Shown here: positions 1 to 9,918 of the stretch, piece after piece
How positions within the stretch are numbered: the stretch's first letter is position 1
Layout of the letters: every line of letters starts with the position of its first letter
Assembly (NCBI GenBank): GCA_035479295.1
Contig: DATIIV010000012.1
Coordinates: forward strand, 65,010 to 129,009
DNA from: Candidatus Saccharimonadia bacterium
Lineage (GTDB): Bacteria > Patescibacteriota > Saccharimonadia > UBA4664
DNA length: 64,000 bases
Direction: 5' to 3'
The notes under the pieces: model-generated
Told to the model about the DNA's origin: nothing
Database searches by the model: none
The model's input: only the letters and a program-made list of their open reading frames with translations
Program-made: the position numbers and the translations under genes

Positions 1-177
1 AGCCACCAAAAGTTGCAACTGGGCGTACTGGCACTGTTCCCGTTTACCTGGCCGCTCTTCTATTTCTTGGTCTGGGTCGAGTACGTCGTGCTGCTCAAGA
101 GCCTGGCCATGATTCTGCGCGGCGGCGAGATCGAGTGGCAGAGCTGGGAGCGTCGCGGCGTGGAGGAGGGGGCATGA
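1..177 (+). CDS. 3' end of a family-2 glycosyltransferase-like membrane protein (partial, start outside window)
   Basis: Frame 1 is open from base 1 to TGA at 175-177. The translation ...LFPFTWPLFYFLVWVEYVVLLKSLAMILRGGEIEWQSWERRGVEEGA is a TM helix followed by a W..W.ERRG tail, typical of C-termini of processive GT2 synthases. The stop overlaps the next start (ATGA). Confidence 0.4.
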   Translation, partial: SHQKLQLGVLALFPFTWPLFYFLVWVEYVVLLKSLAMILRGGEIEWQSWERRGVEEGA

Positions 178-1352
178 AACGCCACGAGATCATCATTTGC
201 TCCATCATCTTTTTGGCCTGCTCGCTGTTTGCGGCCGATACCGCCTCGGTAGGCTTGCGTGGGACGCACCTAGTTAATTTGCCCAAGCTCATTTGGGATC
301 AGCCCAAGGCCTATGCCGTCACCAGCCATTGTTCAAGTAAACCGGCCATCGCCGGCCTAGCCCAGGCCCAAGACGCCAGTCTGCGCAAGCTAGCCACCTA
401 CCAGACGGCCTGCGGCTCGTTTGCCAGCTCCACGCTGATGGTCTTTACCGACATGCCCAAGGACAGCAAAGAGGCCGTCACCATGGCCGACCAGATGGCT
501 ACCACGCTCAAGGAGTACCAAAAGTACCGTGTCACGCCGCTGGTGATCGTGGAGCCGGTGGCCAGTTGGGGGTTTGTGGACTTTAGCGACTTTCGCAGTG
601 GCCTGTACGATCCCTGGATCATGGCCTACTTTGCCGAGCTCAAGCACGACGGCATCACCGACAGTGCCATGGGTACCTGGGTGCCGTTTCCCGAGGCCAA
701 CCTGCCGTACTGGAACAGCCAGAGTGTTAAGCCCGAGGACTTTGGCTACCTCATCAACGATTACGTTGGCATGCAAAAACACTACTTTCCGGACTCCAAG
801 TCCAGCATTATGCTCAACTCGGCCACCTACAGTAGCACTGATTTTAACTGGGCCAACGGCGAATATATCAGCCTGATTCCGTACGTCAAGAATATTCAGC
901 ACGGTCTGGTCGATAGCTTTGGTCTGCAGGGCTTCCCTTGGGCGCCGCGAGCCAGTCAGAGCGGCAATGGCATCTATGACGCCGGCGAGTACCTCGATCC
1001 TAATCTAGCCAAAGAGGCGGCCGACTACCTGGGCGTCAAGCAAATCTGGCTCAACACCGGCTCGTTTGCGCGCAAGTACACTCTGGACGACAAAGACACC
1101 ATCACCGTTTCGCCGGAGAAGCGTAAAGATATCCTGGGCGGCGCCATCGACCAGGCTATCAAGCTCCAAAAGCAGGGCTACCAGGTCTCGATCAACCTGT
1201 TTGCCCAAGACAAGAGCACGGTCGACGAGGCCACCGACTGGTCCTACTGGGGTCCCGACGGCCCGCTGCACTCGCCGGCCGCCACCGTCTTTAACGAGTT
1301 TGCCACCAAGCTCAATCAGGCCAAGATCGGGCTGTGGATCTTTGATATTTAG
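174..1352 (+). CDS. secreted/membrane-anchored hypothetical protein, possibly a TIM-barrel glycoside-hydrolase-like enzyme
   Basis: ATG at 174 is preceded by GGAGGAGGGGG. N-terminal hydrophobic signal MKRHEIIICSIIFLACSLFAA. Long ORF with coding-like composition. PFPEAN and GFPW motifs are only suggestive of a glycosidase. Translationally coupled to the upstream GT2-like gene. Confidence 0.6.
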   Translation: MKRHEIIICSIIFLACSLFAADTASVGLRGTHLVNLPKLIWDQPKAYAVTSHCSSKPAIAGLAQAQDASLRKLATYQTACGSFASSTLMVFTDMPKDSKEAVTMADQMATTLKEYQKYRVTPLVIVEPVASWGFVDFSDFRSGLYDPWIMAYFAELKHDGITDSAMGTWVPFPEANLPYWNSQSVKPEDFGYLINDYVGMQKHYFPDSKSSIMLNSATYSSTDFNWANGEYISLIPYVKNIQHGLVDSFGLQGFPWAPRASQSGNGIYDAGEYLDPNLAKEAADYLGVKQIWLNTGSFARKYTLDDKDTITVSPEKRKDILGGAIDQAIKLQKQGYQVSINLFAQDKSTVDEATDWSYWGPDGPLHSPAATVFNEFATKLNQAKIGLWIFDI

Positions 1353-1428
1353 AGTCGACCGGCAAAAGCTCTAGCCAAGGCCCAGGTTTTGTGCTATAAA
1401 AGTTAGAGCCCGAGCCGCACCTCCACGG

Positions 1429-1504
1429 GCGCTCGTAGCTCAGTGGATAGAGCACTTGGCTTCGGACCAAGGTGTCGGGGGTTCGAGTCCCTCCGAGCGC
1501 ACCA
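1429..1504 (+). tRNA. tRNA-Arg (anticodon TCG), CCA encoded
   Basis: Hand-folded cloverleaf. Acceptor GCGCTCG/CGAGCGC, D arm GCTC-AGTGGATA-GAGC, anticodon arm CTTGG-CTTCGGA-CCAAG, T arm GGGGG-TTCGAGT-CCCTC, discriminator A plus CCA. 76 nt. Confidence 0.9.
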
Positions 1505-1537
1505 GGTATCATTTACAATTATTCGTTCCGCACACGC

Positions 1538-1614
1538 GGGCCATTAGCTCAGTTGGTTAGAGCAGGAGACTCTTAATCTCCGTGTCCAGGGTTCGAGTCC
1601 CTGATGGCCCTCCA
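1538..1614 (+). tRNA. tRNA-Lys (anticodon CTT), CCA encoded
   Basis: Acceptor GGGCCAT/ATGGCCC, D arm GCTC-AGTTGGTTA-GAGC, anticodon arm GGAGA-CTCTTAA-TCTCC, T arm CAGGG-TTCGAGT-CCCTG, then T plus CCA. 77 nt. Confidence 0.9.
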
Positions 1615-1624
1615 GGAATTATAT

Positions 1625-1650
1625 AAAAACGACTGCAAGGTCGTTTTTTT
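1625..1650 (+). terminator. intrinsic terminator after the tRNA pair
   Basis: AAAACGAC-TGCAAG-GTCGTTTTTTT: an 8-bp stem that includes an A/T tract, followed by a T run. Confidence 0.6.
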
Positions 1651-1664
1651 GTTAGGATGGAACT

Positions 1665-1934
1665 ATGTGTAGAAATATCAAACAGCTTTATAATTTTGAA
1701 CCGCACGCTACAAGCGACGAAGTACGAGCCGCGGCCACGCAGTTTGTTAGAAAGATCTCGGGCTTTCAAAAGCCGTCGGCCGCTAACGAGGCCGTCTTTA
1801 ATCGTGCCATCGATGACATCGCTCATGTTAGCCACCATCTTCTCGAAGAGCTTGTAACTCAAGCTGCGCCTCGCAACCGGGAGGTTGAGGCGGCCAAGGC
1901 TCGAGCTCGCTCTGCTCAGCGTTTTGGCACGTAA
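1665..1934 (+). CDS. DUF2277-family small protein
   Basis: The N-terminus MCRNIKQLYNFEPHATSDEVRAAATQFVRKISGFQKPSAANEAVF matches my recollection of the conserved MCRNI...PPAT..E...A..Q(F/Y)VRK.SG..KPS pattern of DUF2277. Confidence 0.75.
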   Translation: MCRNIKQLYNFEPHATSDEVRAAATQFVRKISGFQKPSAANEAVFNRAIDDIAHVSHHLLEELVTQAAPRNREVEAAKARARSAQRFGT

Positions 1935-2016
1935 TCTTGGGCGATATAGGAAGCCTCGTCTGTGGCCGTCGCTGGGCTATGACGGCGAGGTGGCGTAGTG
2001 CAGTAGCGCGCCCGAT

Positions 2017-2538
2017 TTATGGCCTGGTGCCGCTTAGCTGAGATACCCTTACGGCGCCAGAGGTGCCGTTGTGGAGTGCCAGGGCGATGCCATTGTCCTC
2101 GCACTTCACCTGGACTGCTCCGCCGTAGGCGATCGTGGCGATAACGGTGCCGCCGGTGTAGGCTGCCGTGTAATTTTGGTAGTATGGTGTGCCGGTGGAC
2201 AGGGCGCCATAGGCCGTAATATAGCCACTGCAGCCGGAGGCATCAACGGCTGTGATATTAGGCGTGCTCGGTCTGGGGGTCGGCGTGGCCGCAGCCGGCT
2301 TTGGCGTGGGAGTGGGCTGCGAAGCGGCCGGCGTGGGCGTGGGTGTCGCCGTAGCAGCTGGCGAGGATTGAGTCGGTTTCTTGTTACTCGTCTGACCGCT
2401 TGTCACAGCCACCGCATTTTTCTTTTGAGACTGAGCGACCTGAAAGGCCACAATTACCACGCCGCTTATGGCTACAACCAGGAGAATGATGAGTAACGTA
2501 CCAAAACCGGATTGATTGCTTCTGAGAGTCTTCGGCAT
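2017..2538 (-). CDS. membrane-anchored protein with Pro/Thr/Ala-rich linker and small C-terminal globular domain
   Basis: N-terminal TM GFGTLLIILLVVAISGVVIVAF, then linker PTQSSPAATATPTPTPAASQPTPTPKPAAATPTPRPSTP, then a Cys-containing C-terminal beta-rich domain. Confidence 0.65.
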   Translation of the reverse strand: MPKTLRSNQSGFGTLLIILLVVAISGVVIVAFQVAQSQKKNAVAVTSGQTSNKKPTQSSPAATATPTPTPAASQPTPTPKPAAATPTPRPSTPNITAVDASGCSGYITAYGALSTGTPYYQNYTAAYTGGTVIATIAYGGAVQVKCEDNGIALALHNGTSGAVRVSQLSGTRP

Positions 2539-2880
2539 GCTTTCCTTATAATATGCTTATGCTAGTATTGGCTATAGCAAAAAGTGGCACCAAATACACT
2601 TTAGAAATGATGATGAGCAGCGGTGTCGTTATCTCTCGGCGATTTACGGCACCGCGGGTAAGACAATGATCGGCAGGGGTAGGCGGCGCCCACCCCTGCC
2701 GGCGGTACTTAAGCGTAGCACTCGGCTGCGCCAACGATGCGAATCGGCCTAAGGCTGATGCTCTGCCTAGGTATATCGACTTCCTGAACCAGTGACGCTT
2801 TCAGCGGCAGGCGGCCAATAGTGAGGTGTGGCTGGAAATCTAGCGCGTAGCTTAGGCCATTGCTCTGCGCTATAAACCTT

Positions 2881-3354
2881 TCAGGCATCATTGATGCCGC
2901 ATTGACGCAGGGCTTCTTTTAGTGCTCCGAGCATTGGCGTAAGGACGTTTAGCCACTCGGGGCAGAGAGCAAGGGCGAGCGCAAATGCCGGCTCCGGACT
3001 TGTGCCATATGGTTTGGCCGCGACGGTTGTCGTGGTAACCGACCGCAAGTTGCCACCTAGTGCGGCTGCGAAGACCGGCTGAAGCGCTAGCTGTAGTTGT
3101 TGCATGGAGAGCTTTGTGGCACTGGTATGACCCAGGTAGTCTCTAACCTCCTCAAGGAGCTCATCGGGGCGACCGATGTGCAAGAGCGTCACATGCAGGC
3201 GGCTTGCTTTTACTGGAGTGAGTGGCAGCCCACTGTCGATAAGCCAAGTCTGGACTGTCCTGATTGTCGGTAGGCTGGCTCGGTGAATGGGGTGCTCCAC
3301 TCTCACGTGGCTTGTTCGGTCTGGCCGAAATCGGTCAGGCATGAAGCTCAGCAT
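2881..3354 (-). CDS. hypothetical protein
   Basis: 157-aa ORF. ATG at 3354 is preceded by AAAGGA with a 6-nt spacer. Only one HxT(L) motif (LHVTLLHIG), so no family call is made. Confidence 0.45.
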   Translation of the reverse strand: MLSFMPDRFRPDRTSHVRVEHPIHRASLPTIRTVQTWLIDSGLPLTPVKASRLHVTLLHIGRPDELLEEVRDYLGHTSATKLSMQQLQLALQPVFAAALGGNLRSVTTTTVAAKPYGTSPEPAFALALALCPEWLNVLTPMLGALKEALRQCGINDA

Positions 3355-3639
3355 ATGTGGTCCTTTGATGGTGGGCTTAAAAGCGCATGGATACTGTAAT
3401 GCAGGGCAACAGCCAAGTAAATATCGACGAAAGAAGACTTCTCTAACGATGCTGATTATTAGAATAAACGTTACTACGACACGCGGACTTGCTCATCCAC
3501 CACGAAATACAGGTTGAGAGGGTACCCCATAGATCGCATCACTACCGCCGGCGCCAGCTACGGCGACGAGTTCATCGTCTGGGCCGCGCAGGTCCTTCCG
3601 CGCGGTATAGATGTATAATGAAGCCAAAGGAGCAGATTT

Positions 3640-4068
3640 ATGAGCAAAACGAACCCGGTCGTACATTTTGAGATGGGCTACAAGGACCAGGCCCGCATGG
3701 TGAAGTTTTATGAGACGGTCTTTGGCTGGACGACCAATGTGATGGGGCCGGACATGGGCAACTACGTGGTGGCCCATACCACCGAGACCGACGAGAACGG
3801 CATGATTCAGACCAAGGGCGCCATCAACGGCGGCTTCTACCAAAAGACCGACGACCCGCTGAGCCAGGCACCGTCGGTGGTAGTGTCGGTAGAGGACATT
3901 CACGCTGCGATGAAGGCGGTGGAGGAGGCCGGCGGTAAGATTCTAGGCGGCATGAACGCGCAGGGCGAGCACACCCTGGAGCCGCAGATGATTCCGGGCG
4001 TTGGGCTGTGGATCTCGGTTATGGACACCGAGGACAATCGGTTCTCCCTGCTGCAAGCCAAGTCGTAG
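3640..4068 (+). CDS. VOC (glyoxalase/bleomycin-resistance/dioxygenase) family protein
   Basis: RBS AAAGGAG lies upstream. The N-terminus PVVHFEMGYKDQARMVKFYETVFGW and the C-terminal GVGLWISVMDTEDNRFSLLQ are typical VOC beta-alpha-beta modules. Confidence 0.85.
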   Translation: MSKTNPVVHFEMGYKDQARMVKFYETVFGWTTNVMGPDMGNYVVAHTTETDENGMIQTKGAINGGFYQKTDDPLSQAPSVVVSVEDIHAAMKAVEEAGGKILGGMNAQGEHTLEPQMIPGVGLWISVMDTEDNRFSLLQAKS

Positions 4069-4071
4069 CCT

Positions 4072-6300
4072 ATGCCAGAATATATCGAAATCCGAGGTGC
4101 CCGCGAAAACAACCTTAAGAACGTGTCGGTGCGCATTCCCAAGCGCCAGATCACGGTCTTTACCGGTGTGTCCGGCTCGGGTAAGTCGTCGCTGGTGTTT
4201 GATACCGTGGCGGCCGAGGCGCAGCGGTTGCTGAACGAGAACTTCAGTATGTTTGTGCGCAATTTTTTGCCGCACCTCACGCAGCCCGAGGCCGACGAGA
4301 TCAAGAATTTGAGCATGGCGGTGATCGTGGATCAGAAGCGGCTGGGTGGTGGCTCGCACTCCACCGTGGGCACGGTCACGGATATCGCGACGGCGCTGCG
4401 GCTGCTATTTTCGCGCGTGGGTAAGCCCTACATTGGCTATGCCAACCTATTTTCTTTTAACGATCCGGCCGGCATGTGCCCGGCTTGCAACGGTATGGGC
4501 CAGATGATGGCCCTGGACCGTGAGCTGGCGCTTGATACCTCTAAATCCATCGATGACGGCGCCATCAGGTTGCCGGGCTACGATGGGGGTAATGTGTGGA
4601 CCTACGGCGCCATGAAAGCCGCAGGCGTGGACACTACTAAAAAGCTCAAAGACTTCACAGCCGCCGAGATGGAAGAATTCCTGCACGGCGAGCCCCGCAA
4701 GGTCAAGGTTAACGGCATCAACCTCACCTATGAGGGTCTGGAAGGGGTCTTTACTAAAAAATACATTTTGCGCGACCTCAAAACTATGTCCGAGCGCACG
4801 CAGAAGCAGTTTGGGCCGTTCATTACCATGGGTGCCTGTAATCTCTGCCGCGGCGGGCGCCTCAGCCAAAAAGCCCTGTCAGTCAAAGTCGGCGGTCACA
4901 ATATCGCTGAGCTGGCTGCCATGCAGGTGGATGCGCTACTGGAGGTCATCAAATCGATTAAGGCGCCCGAGGCTCAGGCTATTGTGACCACGGTGCACAA
5001 CCGGCTGAGCAACCTCGTCGATATCGGTCTGGGCTACCTCAGTCTTGACCGCACCACCGATACGCTGTCGGGTGGCGAGTCGCAGCGGGTCAAGATGGTG
5101 AAGCATCTCAACGGCTCCCTGGTCGACGTCATGTACATCTTCGACGAGCCGAGTGTGGGCCTGCATCCGCGCGACGTGCATCGCCTCAACGAGCTGCTGG
5201 CCAAGCTGCGCGACGCCGGCAACACCGTCATCGTGGTGGAGCACGACCCCGACGTCATTCAGGCCGCCGACCACATCGTCGACGTCGGCCCGAAAGCCGG
5301 CAGCCAGGGCGGGGAAGTCGTGTTTGAGGGCAGCTACCACGACCTGCTCAAGGCCGATACCCTGACGGCGCGCCACCTGGGCGACCAATCGCCCATTAAG
5401 GCCACCTTCCGTCAATCCACCGGCCAGCTCGAGATCCGCGACGCCCACGCCAACAACCTGCGTCATCTCAACGTCGACATCCCCACCGGCGTCTTCACCG
5501 TCATCACCGGTGTGGCCGGCTCGGGCAAGAGCTCGCTCATCAACCAGGTATTTCTGCGCCAGCACCCCGAGGCCATCGTGGTCGACCAATCGCCCATCGG
5601 CGTCTCCACCCGCTCCAATCCGGCCACCTACACCGGCATCATGGACGTCATCCGCAAAGCCTTTGCTACGGCCAATAAGGCTGATATCGCGCTCTTTAGC
5701 TTCAATTCCAAAGGCGCCTGCGACAATTGCAAAGGCGCCGGCTTCGTCACCACCGACCTGGCCTTTCTCGACGACGCCAAACTGCCCTGCGACGTCTGCG
5801 AGGGCAAGCGCTTCAAGGCCGAGGTGCTTGAGTATAAATATCAGGGTAAGAATATCACCGAAGTGCTCGATCTCACGGTGGCCCAGGCCAACGAGTTCTT
5901 CGACCTCAAGGAAATCGCCCAAAAGCTCCAGGCCCTCAGCGACGTCGGCCTCGACTACCTGTCGCTCGGCCAACCCTTGAGCTCGCTGTCCGGCGGCGAA
6001 TGCCAGCGCCTCAAGCTGGCCTCCGAACTCCACAAACAAGGCAGCATCTACGTGCTCGACGAGCCCACTACCGGCCTGCATATGTCTGACATCGCGCGCC
6101 TCCACACCATCATCGACCGCCTCGTCGACGCTGGCAACACGGTCATCACCATCGAGCACAACCAAGAAGTCATCCGCCGCGCCGATCACATCATCGACCT
6201 CGGCCCCGAAGGCGGCAACGCCGGCGGCCAGATCATGTTTGAGGGCACGCCCGCGGAGTTGGTGAAGAGCAAGGCGGCGCTGATAGGGCGCTATCTGTGA
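4072..6300 (+). CDS. UvrA-like ABC ATPase, short class (UvrA2/DrrC-like, about 740 aa)
   Basis: Two Walker A boxes ([18 protein letters not shown]). Two signature motifs ([16 protein letters not shown]). Zinc modules CPACNGMG...CNLCRGG and CDNCKGAG...CDVCEG. At 742 aa it is too short for canonical UvrA with its UvrB-binding domain. Confidence 0.9.
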   Translation: MPEYIEIRGARENNLKNVSVRIPKRQITVFTGVSGSGKSSLVFDTVAAEAQRLLNENFSMFVRNFLPHLTQPEADEIKNLSMAVIVDQKRLGGGSHSTVGTVTDIATALRLLFSRVGKPYIGYANLFSFNDPAGMCPACNGMGQMMALDRELALDTSKSIDDGAIRLPGYDGGNVWTYGAMKAAGVDTTKKLKDFTAAEMEEFLHGEPRKVKVNGINLTYEGLEGVFTKKYILRDLKTMSERTQKQFGPFITMGACNLCRGGRLSQKALSVKVGGHNIAELAAMQVDALLEVIKSIKAPEAQAIVTTVHNRLSNLVDIGLGYLSLDRTTDTLSGGESQRVKMVKHLNGSLVDVMYIFDEPSVGLHPRDVHRLNELLAKLRDAGNTVIVVEHDPDVIQAADHIVDVGPKAGSQGGEVVFEGSYHDLLKADTLTARHLGDQSPIKATFRQSTGQLEIRDAHANNLRHLNVDIPTGVFTVITGVAGSGKSSLINQVFLRQHPEAIVVDQSPIGVSTRSNPATYTGIMDVIRKAFATANKADIALFSFNSKGACDNCKGAGFVTTDLAFLDDAKLPCDVCEGKRFKAEVLEYKYQGKNITEVLDLTVAQANEFFDLKEIAQKLQALSDVGLDYLSLGQPLSSLSGGECQRLKLASELHKQGSIYVLDEPTTGLHMSDIARLHTIIDRLVDAGNTVITIEHNQEVIRRADHIIDLGPEGGNAGGQIMFEGTPAELVKSKAALIGRYL

Positions 6301-6409
6301 TCCATCTAAGATGGACCGAAAGAAGGTTCCCCATTCTAGCCAACCCCCTTACGCTTATTGACGGGCTCGCTTAATGCAGCTACTCTTAAACTAAGAAAAG
6401 GTTTGGGGG

Positions 6410-6643
6410 ATGGCAAAAAAGACTAGTTTTAAGTTTCAACTCCGTGATGTTCTTATGGCTGTCGTGCTCATTGCCCTCGCTGTTACTAACTTTGTCTGGT
6501 ACCAGACCACTCAAGGCCTGTCTATTAGCGCGGAAAATGCCGTTAAAGGCTGGGTATACTCGGAGACGCAGATCTCTAAATTAAAGCTCTGCATCGACCA
6601 GGGCACCAAGCCCTGCGATATATCGACTACGACCCAGCCGTAG
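6410..6643 (+). CDS. small single-pass membrane protein, hypothetical
   Basis: ATG is preceded by GGGGGA. TM segment VLMAVVLIALAVTNFVWY. 77 aa. Confidence 0.45.
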   Translation: MAKKTSFKFQLRDVLMAVVLIALAVTNFVWYQTTQGLSISAENAVKGWVYSETQISKLKLCIDQGTKPCDISTTTQP

Positions 6644-6690
6644 AGAGCCAGGCCGCAAAAAAAAGGCCGATGGACCTTACGGGATGAGAC

Positions 6691-8667
6691 TTACTCATCC
6701 CTCATATCGCTAATCGGACTGCGCCGCACGTTACGCAGGAGCGGCGGCAGGATGGCCACGAGGCTAATGCCGATGATGCTAGCCACGAGCCAGATGAGCT
6801 GGGCGGGGTCGAAGCCGATAAAGCTAAAGCTTTGACCGCGGTCGAACACGCCGAACGTCACCTTGGCGTAGTCGGTTACTTGAGCACTGTAGAGGGCCTG
6901 CACGGTAAACGCAATGCCAAGCCCCAAAATCAAACTGAAGGCGACAATCCGGGCCGCCACAATCAGGCTGTAGAGCAAATATACCGCCATGATGTCGCGC
7001 CGCTTGGCGCCAATAGCTCGGAACACGGCGGTTTCGCGGCGGCTATCGATGATGACTCGCGCCATGGTGGCCCAAATGATGATGCCGGCAATGAGAATGG
7101 CAAACGGCAGGGCGGTGCGCAGGGCTTTGGTTACGGTGGTGTCGATGTCGTCGGCCAGCAGGTAGTTGGATCCGTAGGGCTCGAGGGTGAAGGGCTTGCC
7201 GCAGGAGTTGGTGTCGGGCGGGCAGCCTTGCTGGTGAATAAACGACCGAGCCGCGCCCACCGAGGGGAAGCTCACAATAGCCTCGCCGATGCCGGCAGCG
7301 GTAAGCGTACTGGAGCTGAATTTGCTGGAAGCGAGCAGCACATCTTTGTGCTGGGCTGCCGCGGGGAGTTGGCCAAATAGCTGTTGCGGTATCATGGCGC
7401 CAGCGCCGTACTGCGCCCCCAGCAGCGACGACATGAAGTTGGGCAGGCTCGTTAAGGCATTGGTCTGCGGCGACACCGGCATAACGCCCACAATCATAAA
7501 GGTGAGCAGCTGGTGCTGGGGTGCCTCATAGGCGCCTAGGGCTTGGCTTAGCGCTATCTGGTCCTGCGCCGCCTTTTTCTCATCGGCCGAGCGCTTATCT
7601 TGTTTAACGGTGATATCGCCGCACGGTGCGGTGGGCGGGCTGTAGCTAAGGGCCGGAGGCACGTAGGTTTTATCGTCTTTGTGCTCGGCGGCTGCAGCTG
7701 CTGCTTGGCTCATAGTGGTGAGCTCGCTAATTTCGGCCTCGTTACGGTAGCAAGCGGTGTAGGTGGTGCCATTGAGCTTCTGCTGGAGTGCCTTCATCCA
7801 GGCAATCTGTTGGCTGGCCGAGACTGGTGGCTGCGAGATATTGTAAGACTGACCAAACAAAGTCATGGCTTCGGTCGTCGTAATCACGACGGGAATAGCG
7901 GCCAGGTTAGCTCGACGCTTATCGTTGACCGGCAGAATAAACCGTTTAATGAGGGCATCATCCACCAGCGAGTAAGACGAATTACGCACGCTGGCCGTGA
8001 GGTAGCCGTAGGTGGTTTGATCGGAGCCTTGCGGCCGGGCATTCGGCCCAAGCTTGCTTAAGTCTTCTTTGCCCCCGGCGAGGTAGCTGGTGTTGGCATA
8101 GTTGAGCGCGACGCTCTGGTTTTGGTGAAAAGCGGTGGCTCCATAGGGCGCGGCCGCGGTCTTTAAGTCCGCCAGTTTATTTTTGGCGGTGGCCACATAT
8201 TCGGTTTGGAGTTTCTGAGTGTAGAGCGGATAAACTGGTGAGTCAAAGTTAATGCGCACGCGCCGATCGGCCGGCACCGACGCCTCGGCATAAGGATTAG
8301 GCAGAAGAATCGGCGCTACACTCTGGGGGTCAAATGAGAGCTTAAGCTTCTTGGCCAGATCCTTTTGCTGGGAGATGTAAGTGGCTTGTAGAGTGGTTAA
8401 AGTGGCGATAGTAGCGGCCGACGGGCCGCCTGAGCTAAAGCCAAACACCTCGGGCGGAATGATAGGCTGAGACTTGACTAAGTATTGGCCATCTAGAGCG
8501 GTACGGGTGTAGGCGTGGGCGCTTTTGGAGATGCCGGTGGCCAGCAGGCCCGCCGCGCACAGAATACCAAACGACAGCCCCGATACCACAATGGTAATGG
8601 CGAGCATTATCCGCTTGGTGTGAAGCTTGGCCCGGGCCAGAGTGATCGTGTCGCGCAGGCTGATCAT
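6691..8667 (-). CDS. ABC transporter permease, FtsX/MacB-type with large extracytoplasmic domain
   Basis: N-terminal TM, an extracellular region of about 480 aa, then three C-terminal TM helices with an FtsX-like segment (RETAVFRAIGAKRRDIMAVYLLYSLIVAA). The start overlaps the stop of the upstream ATPase by 4 nt. Confidence 0.85.
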   Translation of the reverse strand: MISLRDTITLARAKLHTKRIMLAITIVVSGLSFGILCAAGLLATGISKSAHAYTRTALDGQYLVKSQPIIPPEVFGFSSGGPSAATIATLTTLQATYISQQKDLAKKLKLSFDPQSVAPILLPNPYAEASVPADRRVRINFDSPVYPLYTQKLQTEYVATAKNKLADLKTAAAPYGATAFHQNQSVALNYANTSYLAGGKEDLSKLGPNARPQGSDQTTYGYLTASVRNSSYSLVDDALIKRFILPVNDKRRANLAAIPVVITTTEAMTLFGQSYNISQPPVSASQQIAWMKALQQKLNGTTYTACYRNEAEISELTTMSQAAAAAAEHKDDKTYVPPALSYSPPTAPCGDITVKQDKRSADEKKAAQDQIALSQALGAYEAPQHQLLTFMIVGVMPVSPQTNALTSLPNFMSSLLGAQYGAGAMIPQQLFGQLPAAAQHKDVLLASSKFSSSTLTAAGIGEAIVSFPSVGAARSFIHQQGCPPDTNSCGKPFTLEPYGSNYLLADDIDTTVTKALRTALPFAILIAGIIIWATMARVIIDSRRETAVFRAIGAKRRDIMAVYLLYSLIVAARIVAFSLILGLGIAFTVQALYSAQVTDYAKVTFGVFDRGQSFSFIGFDPAQLIWLVASIIGISLVAILPPLLRNVRRSPISDMRDE

Positions 8668-9458
8668 ACCAGGACTCCATCGCTGAGCCGGATTTCCCGG
8701 TCGGCTTGGGCGGCAATGTCGGGGTTGTGAGTCACGATCACCACCGTGGTGCCCGCAGTGGCCCGGATATGCTTGAAGAGCTCGATGATGGCCGCGCTGT
8801 TGGTGCTATCCAAGTTGCCGGTGGGCTCGTCGGCCAGCAGGATACGGGGTTTATTAAGCAGGGCCCGGGCCACGGCCGCTCGTTGAATCTGGCCGCCCGA
8901 GAGCTGTTTGGGCAATTGCTGAGCCTGCTCCGATAACCCCACGATTTGGAGCAGCTCGCGGACTCGGGCCTGCCGGTCCGCTGGCTTAACGTGGCCAAAC
9001 ATACCCGGCACCTCCACGTTTTTGCCCAGCGGCAGAAACGGCTGCAGGTAAAAGAATTGAAACACAAAGCCAATGGTTTGATTGCGAAACTCAGCTAAAG
9101 CGGTGTCTTTGAGCCGGCTGAGGTCGTGTCCTTCAATCGTGATTTCGCCGCTGGTGGGCTTATCGAGGCCGCCCATCAGCTGCAGCAGCGTGCTTTTGCC
9201 GCTACCGCTCGCCCCGGTGAGCGCCACAAACTCACCTTCATGGATATCCAGTGACACGCCGTTGAGAGCATTCACTACTTGCTTGCCTCGCTTATATCGC
9301 TTGGCTACATCTTTTACAGACAACACCACTGGTCCGCTCGGAGCCTCCTGAGGCTTGGGCAAGGTAGCGGCTGGAGCTTGCAGTGATTGAGCCGCCAGCA
9401 CGGCATCGCCGTTAAATAACTCCAAGAAATCCCGAATTTGTTGCGGAGTGGCGGTCAT
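8664..9458 (-). CDS. ABC transporter ATP-binding protein (MacB/LolD-like)
   Basis: Walker A GASGSGKST, Q-loop, signature LSGGQIQR, Walker B ILLADEPTGNLD, H-loop VIVTHN. Confidence 0.9.
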   Translation of the reverse strand: MTATPQQIRDFLELFNGDAVLAAQSLQAPAATLPKPQEAPSGPVVLSVKDVAKRYKRGKQVVNALNGVSLDIHEGEFVALTGASGSGKSTLLQLMGGLDKPTSGEITIEGHDLSRLKDTALAEFRNQTIGFVFQFFYLQPFLPLGKNVEVPGMFGHVKPADRQARVRELLQIVGLSEQAQQLPKQLSGGQIQRAAVARALLNKPRILLADEPTGNLDSTNSAAIIELFKHIRATAGTTVVIVTHNPDIAAQADREIRLSDGVLV

Positions 9459-9522
9459 ACCGTTAAAGCCAGTTCTTCATAGCTGGTCTTATTGTAACAA
9501 GCTTACGCTTAGTTGGCTTGGG

Positions 9523-9855
9523 TTATTTAGCTGCCTGCCGCAGTCCTAGCACGCTCCCATTGGCATCCTTAATCTGCGCGATCAGTAGGCCGCCACCCAC
9601 GTCCTTGGGCTCTTGCAGCAGGGTGGCGCCGGCGTCGATCAGGGTCTGCAGGCTGGCCTTGATGTCCTCCACCTCGGCGTAGGCGATGATGGCTTGGCCG
9701 TGCGGATCGAGGCCGATCTCGAGCTCGCCGACGCGATAGCCGACGTAGTAGGGGCTGTCGGCGTAGGGCTCGGTGCCCAAAAAGGTGGTGAAGAATGCCT
9801 TGGTAGCGGCCAGATCCTGGGCGGGGTAGACGAGTACGTTAACGTTTTGAGCCAT
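9523..9855 (-). CDS. VOC/glyoxalase family protein
   Basis: 110 aa with a single VOC module: VLVYPAQDLAATKAFFTTFLG...GGGLLIAQIKDANGSVLGL. Confidence 0.8.
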   Translation of the reverse strand: MAQNVNVLVYPAQDLAATKAFFTTFLGTEPYADSPYYVGYRVGELEIGLDPHGQAIIAYAEVEDIKASLQTLIDAGATLLQEPKDVGGGLLIAQIKDANGSVLGLRQAAK

Positions 9856-9918
9856 GAGGGCCTCCTTATTACTAGTAAGTATAGCTGAGTGGGCGAGTAT
9901 TTTTGCTATACTTCACCC

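Noticed and set aside
2017-2538. Type IV pilin/pseudopilin call based on the N-terminal QSGFGTLLIILLVV
   Set aside because: The G|F-T-L-(I/L)-E class III signal is not met, because there is no Glu at +5 and the residue pattern is shifted. It is safer to call it a generic membrane anchor.
2546-2880. 335-bp non-coding stretch with a 9-bp GC hairpin (GGCAGGGGT...ACCCCTGCC at about 2672-2700) and short ORFs 2546..2734 and 2709..2891
   Set aside because: The hairpin lacks a T tract, and the ORFs have no RBS or recognisable product. No RNA family motif was recognised, so there is insufficient evidence for any feature.
2881-3354. 2H phosphoesterase (LigT-like) assignment
   Set aside because: Only one H-x-T-x motif (HVTL) is present. 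The family requires two.
4936-6189. 417-aa minus-strand ORF inside the UvrA-like gene
   Set aside because: It is G/A/V/D/L/R-rich with no motifs, while the opposite strand encodes complete Walker, signature and zinc-module motifs. This is a typical high-GC antisense shadow ORF.
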